NCBI GenBank assembly: GCA_016844925.1
Contig: JAERTI010000055.1
Coordinates: 1,459 to 65,458, forward strand
DNA: 64,000 bases
Direction: 5' to 3'
Source of the DNA: Candidatus Uhrbacteria bacterium
Lineage (GTDB): Bacteria > Patescibacteriota > Patescibacteriia > UBA9934 > GWF2-40-263
This document shows positions 18,889-26,991 of the stretch, piece by piece; within the stretch, counting starts at the first letter, position 1, and each line of letters starts with the position of its first letter. The position numbers and the translations under genes are program-made. The notes under the pieces are model-generated. The model did not search any database and was not told the DNA's origin. It saw only the letters and a list, made by a program, of their open reading frames with translations.

Positions 18889-20058
18889 ATGCGCATTCGG
18901 AAGATTCCGTTCCCGCCCATCAACCTCCAGGCATGCCTGGATCCAGACCATCCCGATCACGAGGCTTCATGTACGGAGCTCAGGCGCCAAGCCTGCGACT
19001 ACGGTATTGCCATGCTGTCCGTCGAGGGCGTGACCCCCAGCAGCTACGCGCTGGTCCGTGCCATGATGGAGAGCTACTGGAGCCAGCCCAAGTCGGCACT
19101 GGACCTGGATGTCCGGCCCCAGCACCACCGGCAGGTGGGGCGCATGGAGGCCTACTGCGAAACGGCCATGCCCTACCCCGAGCGCCTCGCCGCGCTCGAG
19201 GAAGACCAGCAGCCGTACCCCCACGCGGGTCCGAACCCACTGGAGCGCTTCTTCTGGCGATTCGGTTCGCGCCCCAGCACGAGCCGCTTCCCCGAGCGTC
19301 ACGCTGACCCGGTCATCCCCGAGCGCTTCGAGCGCGAGTGGGAGCCGGTCATGAACAGCTGGGGCGAGATCGTCCTGGATACCCTGTTCGACCTGGCCGA
19401 GGCCTTGGAATTCGCGTTCCGTCTCCCGCCCGGCACCATGCTGAAGAAGCTGCAGGCGGGCCCCCACCTGATCTCGCCGACGGGCTGCAACCTCCTGGAG
19501 CTGCTGGCCAAGCGCTGCTACAAGCCCGTAGAAGAGCTGTCCTTCGCGCTCAGGCAAGCTGACAGCGAGAACAAGCTCCGTCAGATCAACCGCAACCTGA
19601 GCCTCACCGGCGCGGTCCTCTCTCACTACCACGACGACTTCAACCCCATCACCATCCACGGCCCGGCGAACATGCCCGGCCTGATCTGCTGGGCACGAAG
19701 TGGCGACCCGTTCACGCCCGAGATCCCGTCCGGCTGCCTGTTCGCCCAGTTCGGCGCACAGACCGAGCACCTGTTCGCCGGTGGCCTGCACGAAGATGGT
19801 CCCATGGCGGGCATGCACCAGGTGGTGGTGACCTGGGAGACGCTCCGTGCGCTCTGGATGCGCATCAGACTGGGCCTGCCGCCCATCCGCGTCTCCTCGA
19901 CCTTCTTCGGTCAGGGCAACGCAGACCAGCCCCTGGAGGTTCTGCCCCCGTTCCGTGTGGACGGCTGGCGCCAGCGCTACCCGAGCACCACCTTCGGCGC
20001 TCACTCGGCGGCCGTGATCGAGAAGATCGGTCTGGCCGCTCAGCAGATCGCTGGGTAA
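18889..20058 (+). CDS. 2-oxoglutarate/Fe(II)-dependent oxygenase superfamily protein (isopenicillin-N-synthase-like)
   Basis: Start ATG 18889 preceded by GAAGGAGAG. ..SHYHDDFNPITIHGP.. (HxD), ..GMHQVVV.. (distal His) and ..IRVSSTFF.. (RxS 2OG-binding) in the expected order. Markedly GC-rich, and the long antisense ORFs are GC artefacts. Confidence 0.55.
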   Translation: MRIRKIPFPPINLQACLDPDHPDHEASCTELRRQACDYGIAMLSVEGVTPSSYALVRAMMESYWSQPKSALDLDVRPQHHRQVGRMEAYCETAMPYPERLAALEEDQQPYPHAGPNPLERFFWRFGSRPSTSRFPERHADPVIPERFEREWEPVMNSWGEIVLDTLFDLAEALEFAFRLPPGTMLKKLQAGPHLISPTGCNLLELLAKRCYKPVEELSFALRQADSENKLRQINRNLSLTGAVLSHYHDDFNPITIHGPANMPGLICWARSGDPFTPEIPSGCLFAQFGAQTEHLFAGGLHEDGPMAGMHQVVVTWETLRALWMRIRLGLPPIRVSSTFFGQGNADQPLEVLPPFRVDGWRQRYPSTTFGAHSAAVIEKIGLAAQQIAG

Positions 20059-20065
20059 TCCCCAA

Positions 20066-20092
20066 CGCCCCGTCGTACCACGACGGGTTTTT
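20066..20092 (+). terminator. Rho-independent terminator after the oxygenase gene
   Basis: CCCGTCGT-ACCA-ACGACGGG followed by TTTTTTG. Confidence 0.55.
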
Positions 20093-20118
20093 TGTTACGA
20101 TAATCTCTAGGAGAATCC

Positions 20119-20607
20119 ATGGACGACGACCCAGCCCGCCGCGCGCAACGCTTTCCACTGCTGATCAAACTCGACGAAGACGGTATCGAGTTCACGCACT
20201 TCTTCAACCGCATGGGGCACGTTCGCCTCCCACCCCAGTTCCCCGACCCGCTCCAGAAGCGTGTCCTACAGCTGATCGAACGACTCATGGCTCTACAGAT
20301 CCAAGCCCTCCAGCTCATCCCCGATGAACTACCTCGCTACCAGATCAACGGCACCTGGTCCCCGCTCCCCGCCTCGCTCACCCCAGAGACAGAAGACACC
20401 CTCTTGCTGACTGCCTGGTGGATGGAGCTCGAGAGACGAAAGACCACCCGCCACGACGACTGGGACTGCCAGGAGTGCGGGAAGCTCGTCACACGCAAGC
20501 GTGGAATCTGCCAGAATCACGAATGTGTCTCGTGGGACATCCTCCACATCATCACGGGAGACCCTCATCTCCACCTCGTGCCCAAGACCGGCACAGACAA
20601 CGACTGA
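20119..20607 (+). CDS. hypothetical protein with C-terminal CxxC...CxxxxC zinc-ribbon-like motif (GC-rich)
   Basis: 162 aa, AGGAGA RBS. ..DWDCQECGKLVTRKRGICQNHEC.. No family recognised. Confidence 0.45.
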   Translation: MDDDPARRAQRFPLLIKLDEDGIEFTHFFNRMGHVRLPPQFPDPLQKRVLQLIERLMALQIQALQLIPDELPRYQINGTWSPLPASLTPETEDTLLLTAWWMELERRKTTRHDDWDCQECGKLVTRKRGICQNHECVSWDILHIITGDPHLHLVPKTGTDND

Positions 20608-20665
20608 CCCTCTTGAGGGTAACCTCTCCGATCTTACGTCGGAGTTTTTTCTTTATCCATTGACA
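20605..20665 (+). repeat. copy of the GACCCTC..GAGGGT terminator/-35 junction module (divergent copy)
   Basis: TGA-CCCTCTTGAGGGTA hairpin starting at the stop codon, a second hairpin CTCCG..CGGAG+T6, then TTGACA at 20660-20665. Same family as copies at 26907, 28507, 29149, 29526 and (minus strand) 41261-41291. Confidence 0.6.
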
Positions 20666-20767
20666 AAACACATAAAAAGCCCGTACGCTCCCATCGCTCA
20701 CACAAGAGGCAAGCAACTCCGCCCAACTCTTTGCACGCTCTAGGTGCTCGCGTGAGACAACAGGACC

Positions 20768-21901
20768 ATGGAACAGAGGCAGACCGCCTTGTTCGCCCCG
20801 CGGCTTCTCGTCGCATCCTTCATCATCCTCACGGGCGCTGCCTGCGGTGACCTCTCGGTCTCCGACACGGCGCTCAATGAGTTCGAGCACGCCGGTGGTG
20901 TGTGGGAAACGGACGATGGATTCAGCCACATCGTCTACGATGGCAACAGCTACGGCGACTCCATCACCGACTGCATGAGCACGGAGTACGACTTCGCCCT
21001 CATGTTCGGGGAGTGCTACGAGTACGCTTCCATCCCCTACGCCCTGGGCGCGGTGACGAGTGGCGGCACCATGGACGTGGAGAACCAGTCCACGGGCTCA
21101 TGGGCCACCATGGACGCCTCCAGCTTCCTGGACTTCAACGGCCTCACCCCCGGCATCGCCCGCGTGCTCTGCTACACGGACAAGCCGGAGGAGTACAAGG
21201 CCGACTGCGAGGTCGAGAACGACTACGACAGCTTCGCCCCGGACTTCTACATGGAGATCGACACGGGCGACTACAACACCATCACGGTCTACCGTGGCAG
21301 TGCCAGCAGCGGCCTGGGCGAAGTGTTCCTGGGCAAGGACGGCGACTACAACTGCGACGGCGTGGACACCCCGGACGCCACCGTGCGCCTGGTCCGCACC
21401 TCGCTGGCCTACGACAGCGCGATCATCGAGCTGCTGGGCGAAGGCGGTCACGTCACATGGCCCGAGTGCATGCCCGACGGCTGGTACGACGAGCCCGAGG
21501 ACACCGGCGGTGCCGGCGACACGGGTGGTGACACCGGCATGGCGGGAACCGGTGAGAGCGAGGAGGTTCAGAACTTCCAGTATCCACCGATGTTCTACAT
21601 CACGAAGATCAACGCCCTGTGGCAGGTGACGCCCCAGAGCCAGCAGGCCTACCAGGCCACGGCGGACAGCTTCTTCGAGGAGCACCACCCCGAGCTCTAC
21701 GGCAGCGACATCCACCTGTTCGTGATGCGCCGCATCGACGCGTACTTCACCGACGCCTCCACCCGCGTGTTCTACGACACCCTCCTGAACACCATGGACC
21801 TGGCCGTCGCGCTGGATCTGCAGGCCCCTGCGAACAAGATCTTCGGGCACTGGATCAAGAACTACCGCCACTGGGAAGCCAACCGACAGAACCCTTTCTA
21901 G
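20768..21901 (+). CDS. secreted lipoprotein (hypothetical, GC-rich)
   Basis: 377 aa. Signal peptide with lipobox (..ILTGAACG). Asp/Gly/Thr-rich. No known domain. Followed by terminator CCCTGACC-TACGAC-GGTCAGGG+TTTTTATTT (21907-21940). Confidence 0.5.
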   Translation: MEQRQTALFAPRLLVASFIILTGAACGDLSVSDTALNEFEHAGGVWETDDGFSHIVYDGNSYGDSITDCMSTEYDFALMFGECYEYASIPYALGAVTSGGTMDVENQSTGSWATMDASSFLDFNGLTPGIARVLCYTDKPEEYKADCEVENDYDSFAPDFYMEIDTGDYNTITVYRGSASSGLGEVFLGKDGDYNCDGVDTPDATVRLVRTSLAYDSAIIELLGEGGHVTWPECMPDGWYDEPEDTGGAGDTGGDTGMAGTGESEEVQNFQYPPMFYITKINALWQVTPQSQQAYQATADSFFEEHHPELYGSDIHLFVMRRIDAYFTDASTRVFYDTLLNTMDLAVALDLQAPANKIFGHWIKNYRHWEANRQNPF

Positions 21902-21984
21902 GAGGAACTCCCCCTGACCTACGACGGTCAGGGATTTTTATTTGTTTGGCATCAAAAAACTCAGGGAAAAACCCTGAGTGTTAC

Positions 21985-23115
21985 TTACCGATAATTAGCC
22001 GGCTCATACACATTCCGCGCATTCCACAGAATCCACCCACTCGCGCCCGCATCTCTTGCCGCCTGTATCTGCGCCTCGATCAAATCTGCTGTGTATACCG
22101 CTCCGATATCGAAATCCTGTAACCATGGCCGACTCCGCGCCGCCAGCTCTTCATCTGAGCACGCACACAACCCTCGTGTCAGGCGCAGCCCCTCGTCAAG
22201 CGACATCTTCACAATCTCATAGGGATGCTTGGCTGGATTCGCTAGCCCCTTAAATCCGTCTGGGTAGTGACTTGGATAGACCATCGGTGAAATGTAATCA
22301 GCGTACGGCAACACATCTACCAGGCGCTGACCAATGTTGTAATCGTTATAGGACCAATACGTCATCCCGAAAAGATCGAACGACACAGGAATCTCTTTCT
22401 CCTGCATGGCCCCTCCTACAGTTTTAAAAAACCGCTGCATCACATCCACCTTTGACTCGATGCCATCGTACACGGGATACACAATCGCATTGACTGCGCC
22501 ATCTGAAGCAAAGCGCACATAGTCATACTGAATCTCATCAAACCCGAGCTCATAGAGCGCCTCCCCAAGCTCAATCACCTCCTGGGCAACAATTGGCGCT
22601 GCGGGGTCAACCCAAATCGAGCCAATGCTGTCATACCAATAGCCTCCCCCCGCTGTCCTGAGGGCTACATTCGGCCAGACGCGAGCCATTTCTCCATTGC
22701 GCATCACAGCAATGCGCGCGATGCGATAGATCCCCGCCTCAGCAAGTTCTGAGAGCACTGGCGTAAATTCCTCAATGTCGACAATCGTCCCATCGTCCAG
22801 CTGCGCATCAATCACCACGGCGTTAAGTCCGGTCTCAGTTATATACCCAAGCAACTCATCGGCACGAGCCGAACGCGCTGTGACCGCTGTCCAGTAGATG
22901 CCGCGGACTTCATCGGGAATTGGCACACGTGTCGTGGTCGCCACTTCTGGGGCAACCTCTTCTTCCAGCACTTGCTCCTCAGCAACTTCTGATACTGGCA
23001 CCGTACGCTCCTCGTCTTGCTCAACAGAAACAATCCCTCCAACCAAAAACGGAATTCCTGCGAGCACAATCAAAAACACAGGCACCATCCAGGTGAACCT
23101 GTGTTTTGTTTCCAT
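21985..23115 (-). CDS. GHL10-type putative glycoside hydrolase (YngK-like TIM barrel), membrane-anchored
   Basis: 376 aa. TM anchor, then ..IRGIYWTAVTA....DELL.YI.ETGLNAVVIDA.. and a TIM-barrel-like pattern typical of the glycosyl-hydrolase-like 10 family. Confidence 0.5.
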   Translation of the reverse strand: METKHRFTWMVPVFLIVLAGIPFLVGGIVSVEQDEERTVPVSEVAEEQVLEEEVAPEVATTTRVPIPDEVRGIYWTAVTARSARADELLGYITETGLNAVVIDAQLDDGTIVDIEEFTPVLSELAEAGIYRIARIAVMRNGEMARVWPNVALRTAGGGYWYDSIGSIWVDPAAPIVAQEVIELGEALYELGFDEIQYDYVRFASDGAVNAIVYPVYDGIESKVDVMQRFFKTVGGAMQEKEIPVSFDLFGMTYWSYNDYNIGQRLVDVLPYADYISPMVYPSHYPDGFKGLANPAKHPYEIVKMSLDEGLRLTRGLCACSDEELAARSRPWLQDFDIGAVYTADLIEAQIQAARDAGASGWILWNARNVYEPANYR

Positions 23116-23116
23116 A

Positions 23117-23722
23117 TTACTGTTTGTCCTCCACGCTTACCGTTGTCATTACATCTCCGATAGCGATAGCGTCGACAATCTCGAGCCCTTCAGTCACGCG
23201 ACCAAAAATGCTGTAAGCCTTAGGGAGTGGTACGTCAGCCAACATGATGAAGAACTGAGAACCGTTGGTGTTAGGACCAGCGTTGGCCATGGCCACAATG
23301 CCACGCTCGTACTGATACTCATCCTGCAGCTCATCCTCAAAGCGGTAACCAGGACCACCGGTTCCGTTTCCATTTGGATCACCTCCCTGAATCACGAATC
23401 CTTCTTCGCGACGGTGGAATGTCAGGCCGTTGTAGTACTCACCCTCTGTCAGATAGACAAAGTTTGAGACGGTCTTAGGGGCCGTGTCGGCAAAGAGTTC
23501 AAAGACGATATCGCCTTTCTCTGTTGCAAGCCGAATCTGCTTTCCTTCAATCTTCTCAGCCTCCAGCACTCCAGGGAATGCCCATGCCTCCGGTGTTGTG
23601 TCTGCCACAATCTCTGTTTCGTTAATGGTTAGGTCTGTTTCCTCCTGTTCAGGCTGCGTCTGATTGCAGCCAGCCCCCATGAGCACGAGCAGTGCCAGGG
23701 GCACAAGTACAAATCGTTTCAT
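23117..23722 (-). CDS. ppiB: peptidyl-prolyl cis-trans isomerase, cyclophilin type (lipoprotein)
   Basis: Lipobox ..LMGAGC, then ..GDIVFELFADTAPKTVSNFVYLTEGEYYNGLTFHRREEGFVIQGGDPNGNGTGGPGY.F.DE......ERGIVAMANAGPNTNGSQFFIM is a textbook cyclophilin. Confidence 0.9.
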   Translation of the reverse strand: MKRFVLVPLALLVLMGAGCNQTQPEQEETDLTINETEIVADTTPEAWAFPGVLEAEKIEGKQIRLATEKGDIVFELFADTAPKTVSNFVYLTEGEYYNGLTFHRREEGFVIQGGDPNGNGTGGPGYRFEDELQDEYQYERGIVAMANAGPNTNGSQFFIMLADVPLPKAYSIFGRVTEGLEIVDAIAIGDVMTTVSVEDKQ

Positions 23723-23751
23723 ACGAGAATGAGATACTAAACCTTCTTTAG

Positions 23752-24315
23752 CTAAAATGCTAGTCCGAGCTGTGTCATGACCAGGTCAAATGACGGAGCT
23801 CCGAGAATCACGATCCCTGAAAGGATGGCGATCATGATGGAAAGCACAGCCACAAGCTTCTCTGCACGCATTGGAATGTGATCACAGTTTCGGCAAGTGC
23901 CAATGTACACAATCTTTCGATGCACCTCTACAGGCACAGGCTCGTGCGTCACCTTGCTCTCTGTGACAGAGACAATCGGTGCTTTCATCTCAATAGCCTC
24001 TTCCACAACCTGCTGTACCGTCTTTTCAATCTTTAACTCAACCGTCTGCTTTGCCACAGGCTTCTTGGCGACAGGTTTCTTAGCCGTCACCTTCTTAGCA
24101 ACAGGCTTTTTCTTCGCAACGGCCTTCTTCTTCGCCGCAGGTTTCTTTGCGGCGGTCTTTTTTGCGACCGGCTTCTTCGCAACCGTCTTTTTCTTTGCGA
24201 CAGGCTTCTTTGCTGTCACCTTCTTTTTTGCTGCAGCAGGTTTTTTTGCCGCAGGCTTTTTTGCAGCCGTCTTTTTCTTGGCAGCTGCCGATGGCGCCTT
24301 CTTTTTTGTCGGCAT
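23752..24315 (-). CDS. lysine/alanine-rich histone-H1-like protein with C-terminal TM anchor
   Basis: N-terminal ~100 aa of AKKPAAKKPVAKK tandem repeats, a short domain with ..CRNCDH.., then a C-terminal hydrophobic helix. Confidence 0.5.
   Translation of the reverse strand: MPTKKKAPSAAAKKKTAAKKPAAKKPAAAKKKVTAKKPVAKKKTVAKKPVAKKTAAKKPAAKKKAVAKKKPVAKKVTAKKPVAKKPVAKQTVELKIEKTVQQVVEEAIEMKAPIVSVTESKVTHEPVPVEVHRKIVYIGTCRNCDHIPMRAEKLVAVLSIMIAILSGIVILGAPSFDLVMTQLGLAF
24060..24300 (-). repeat. imperfect ~21-24-nt tandem DNA repeats encoding the KKPVAKK low-complexity tail
   Basis: Visible periodic ggcttcttcgc/ggcttttttgc units within the CDS. Confidence 0.6.
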
Positions 24316-24429
24316 AATGTTTCTCTCCCCGAGTCCCCCCGAGAAATAATGAACGAAAGACTGACATCGCGAGCACCCCTATGGCACATTCACTCCTGTC
24401 AGTCTCGAGAATTATGATTGTTGATGTCA

Positions 24430-24882
24430 TTATAGCACACGGCTCACGGCCGTCACTAGTGTGGATCCGGAAAACTCGATCACCGCACTCACTGATCCGT
24501 CCGTCAGATCAAAACTTGTCGCAAGCGGAAGCCAGGTAAGCGTGTCTCGATCGAATTCATAGAGCACCACCTCTGTCACATCCACTCCACCGCTCACCAC
24601 CACCGTCAACTCCCCCTGCTCGAGCAATCCACGGTCGAGTGTTAACTCATACACGGGCCCAAGCGCTCCCTCAACTCCAACCTCTACTCCCTGAAGCCGC
24701 TCTACCGTAAGCGAGGCCGCACTACGCGTAAGCCCACTCACTTGCACAGCCCCATCCGGTGACCCAGCCACCATCTCCTCCGGTGCTGGCGACCACACAA
24801 GCGCAAGCGTGCCGATCAAAACCATGGCCACCATCGCCGCCACAGCCCAATTAGGTTTTTCCCGTCTCTTCTTCCCCGCCAT
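24430..24882 (-). CDS. membrane-anchored hypothetical protein
   Basis: 150 aa, N-terminal basic stretch plus TM helix, rest is a beta-rich exported domain. No family recognised. Confidence 0.4.
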   Translation of the reverse strand: MAGKKRREKPNWAVAAMVAMVLIGTLALVWSPAPEEMVAGSPDGAVQVSGLTRSAASLTVERLQGVEVGVEGALGPVYELTLDRGLLEQGELTVVVSGGVDVTEVVLYEFDRDTLTWLPLATSFDLTDGSVSAVIEFSGSTLVTAVSRVL

Positions 24883-25146
24883 ATACCCCCAGTATATCAG
24901 GAAACAAAAAATAGGGGGCTCGATGCCCTCTATTTTTTACTCCTCACCACCTCACCTTCCATTCGGTCCACCACGGCGAACGAGCGCTGGGACAATTTTG
25001 AGTCGGACAGTGTCCCTATAGATCTCAAAATTCGTACCAGCGATCGGTTCGCCCAGCCATAGCGAGACTACACGCCCCCATCTCGACAGGCTCGATGAGT
25101 ATTTGTCGAAGCAATCGAAAAGCCTCAAGTGTCTGCTTCACGAGCA

Positions 25147-26238
25147 CTAGAACAGCTTCCCTTCCTCTGCATCTGGCTGCATTTTCTCTCGCTCACGAGT
25201 AGGCCCCTCCCACGGGAATCCCTCTCGACCAAAATGCCCGTAGCTCGCTGTCGCCTGATACACAGGCTTGAGCAAATCTAGTCGCTCCACAATCGCCTCA
25301 GGCCGAAAATCAAACTTCTCTTTAATCAAATTTGTCAGGTCCATCTTAGCCCCCTTGGACTTCACGCCTATCCCAGCCGCATGAATATGCACGGGTTCAG
25401 CGCGACCCATCGAATACACCAGGTTCACCATCGCTGCAGACGCCAGGCCCTCTGAAACAATGTAGCGCGCGGCGTGCCGAGCCATGTACGAACCAGCACG
25501 ATCCACTTTCCCTGGATTTTTTCCAGAAAGTGCACAGTCCCCATGTGGAATCAGACCCCCATAGGTATCCACGTTCGACTTGCGCCCACTGGCACCAGAG
25601 TCTGCGCGGAATCCCACCTCTGTGAAACTTCCAATGGGATTAATGTAAAGCTGCGCGCCCTGCTCTCCCACAATCGGTACGAGCAACCGCTCCAGAAGTG
25701 CTGTCTGTACATCCTTGTCAGCCACGCTCACCTGGTGCGATGCACACACGGTCACGCCCACCACCTTGTCGCGGTCCATGACCACCTGCACTTTTCCATC
25801 AGGCTTGAGCCAAGAGAACGCAGGATCTGTCTTGCGCAAGTCATCAAGCCGTCGAGAAAGGTTGTGTGCGTAGACCACTGCCCGCGGCAGAAGCTCGCGC
25901 GTCTCACTCGTCGCGTACCCGTTAATCACCACGTTATCCGTCGTGCCGTTTTTAATGCGCTTCATTTCATCGGACTGCGCCTCGATGTTTACAAACACCT
26001 CCACATCATCTCGGTAGCCGATGTCCTTATACACCTTCTGTGCGAGCGCCCCGATATCAAAGTCCGCCGTTGAGGTCACCTCCCCACCAATCATCATCAT
26101 TCCGTGACTCCCCATTACATTGAGATCCACCTGGGCCTGTGGGTCTCGGCGCAAATATTCATCAACAATAGCATCGGCAATCTGGTCACAAACCTTATCC
26201 GGATGCCCCTGTGTAACAGATTCAACAGTCTTTTTCAT
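25147..26238 (-). CDS. metK: S-adenosylmethionine synthetase
   Basis: ..VESVTQGHPDKVCDQIADAIVDEYL..DP.A.V........G...IGGE.T... is the bacterial MetK signature. Start taken at internal ATG (MKKTVES..). The ORF-track N-terminal extension begins at a TTG. Confidence 0.9.
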   Translation of the reverse strand: MKKTVESVTQGHPDKVCDQIADAIVDEYLRRDPQAQVDLNVMGSHGMMMIGGEVTSTADFDIGALAQKVYKDIGYRDDVEVFVNIEAQSDEMKRIKNGTTDNVVINGYATSETRELLPRAVVYAHNLSRRLDDLRKTDPAFSWLKPDGKVQVVMDRDKVVGVTVCASHQVSVADKDVQTALLERLLVPIVGEQGAQLYINPIGSFTEVGFRADSGASGRKSNVDTYGGLIPHGDCALSGKNPGKVDRAGSYMARHAARYIVSEGLASAAMVNLVYSMGRAEPVHIHAAGIGVKSKGAKMDLTNLIKEKFDFRPEAIVERLDLLKPVYQATASYGHFGREGFPWEGPTREREKMQPDAEEGKLF

Positions 26239-26348
26239 AGCGACGACAGGATAACAGATGAGTACCCTACCTTCAATTGTTGACAACTCACAGGGAGCAA
26301 GGTGAAATGCCTCAGCCGCACACGATGTGACGGTAGAAAGGCCTCTCG

Positions 26349-26891
26349 ATGCCCCCTGCTCCTGCTCCCCCGTTCCTGACTCGACTCGACGCCTACAGCC
26401 TCTCCCAAGCCGAGAACATCCTCTTCCTGGGAAGCCTCTGGTTCCTGTTCATGAGCTTCCTCATGTTCGTGCAGCCGGGCCCTCTGGATCCGAAGCTGCT
26501 AATCGGCATGACCATCACGCTTCTGGCCGGCGTTGGACTTGGGTGCTGGAGCATCTGGTACCAGCTCACCGGCGAGCACAACGTGTACAAGAAGTTCATC
26601 ACCCTGTGTGAGGAGCAAAGGCTCCTGCAGCAAGGTGAAGAGCTCGCCGCCAGCTACGCGCAGATCAACAGACTCCGACGCATCTACAAGGAAGACACGA
26701 GCCTGTCTGAGACCATGGTGGCGCGCATGCTCAAGGACCTCGACCTCGAGGAAGAACTCCTCCGCGAAACGCAGGTGGCCCTCCACCTCAAGCAGGCGCC
26801 GCTCCTGCAACGAGCCTTCGAGGCAAGCCGCCACGCGTTCCCCTGGGAGAACTTCACCGAGACGGCCAAGCAACCCGCTGTGAGCACCTAG
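26349..26891 (+). CDS. 2-TM membrane protein with C-terminal coiled-coil (island cassette 1)
   Basis: 180 aa. RBS AGAAAGG 7 nt upstream. Two hydrophobic helices then a charged helical tail. GC-rich. Confidence 0.5.
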   Translation: MPPAPAPPFLTRLDAYSLSQAENILFLGSLWFLFMSFLMFVQPGPLDPKLLIGMTITLLAGVGLGCWSIWYQLTGEHNVYKKFITLCEEQRLLQQGEELAASYAQINRLRRIYKEDTSLSETMVARMLKDLDLEEELLRETQVALHLKQAPLLQRAFEASRHAFPWENFTETAKQPAVST

Positions 26892-26906
26892 CTCACGACG
26901 CCCACC

Positions 26907-26939
26907 GACCCTCACGCGAAGGGTCTTTTTCTTTTGACA
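26907..26939 (+). repeat. terminator/-35 junction module copy
   Basis: GACCC-tcacgcgaa-GGGTC, T5, CTTTTGACAA (TTGACA 26934-26939). 17 nt later TAACGT. Confidence 0.65.
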
Positions 26940-26991
26940 AAAGCTCTCAAAACTCCTAACGTCACCCCCTGCTCTTTCAAAGGAGACGCGG

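Noticed and set aside
18967-20004. 345-aa minus-strand ORF (plus several 80-150-aa ORFs, e.g. 18846..19307 and 18980..19240) overlapping the oxygenase gene
   Set aside because: Antisense ORFs are expected by chance in GC-rich DNA. The plus-strand frame has an RBS, HxD/H/RxS motifs and a clean terminator. The antisense translations are Arg/Ala/Gly-rich low-complexity sequence.
20902-21871. Overlapping ORFs 20902..21531(+), 21060..21629(+) and 21098..21871(-) inside the lipoprotein gene
   Set aside because: These are alternative frames of a GC-rich gene with R/P/A-rich composition. The chosen frame has a signal peptide and lipobox and runs terminator to terminator.
26239-26286. Longer metK ORF starting MSTIEGRVLICYPVVA
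   Set aside because: It begins at a TTG, and the extension is not conserved MetK sequence. The canonical N-terminus (MKKTVESVTQGHPDK) starts at ATG 26238.
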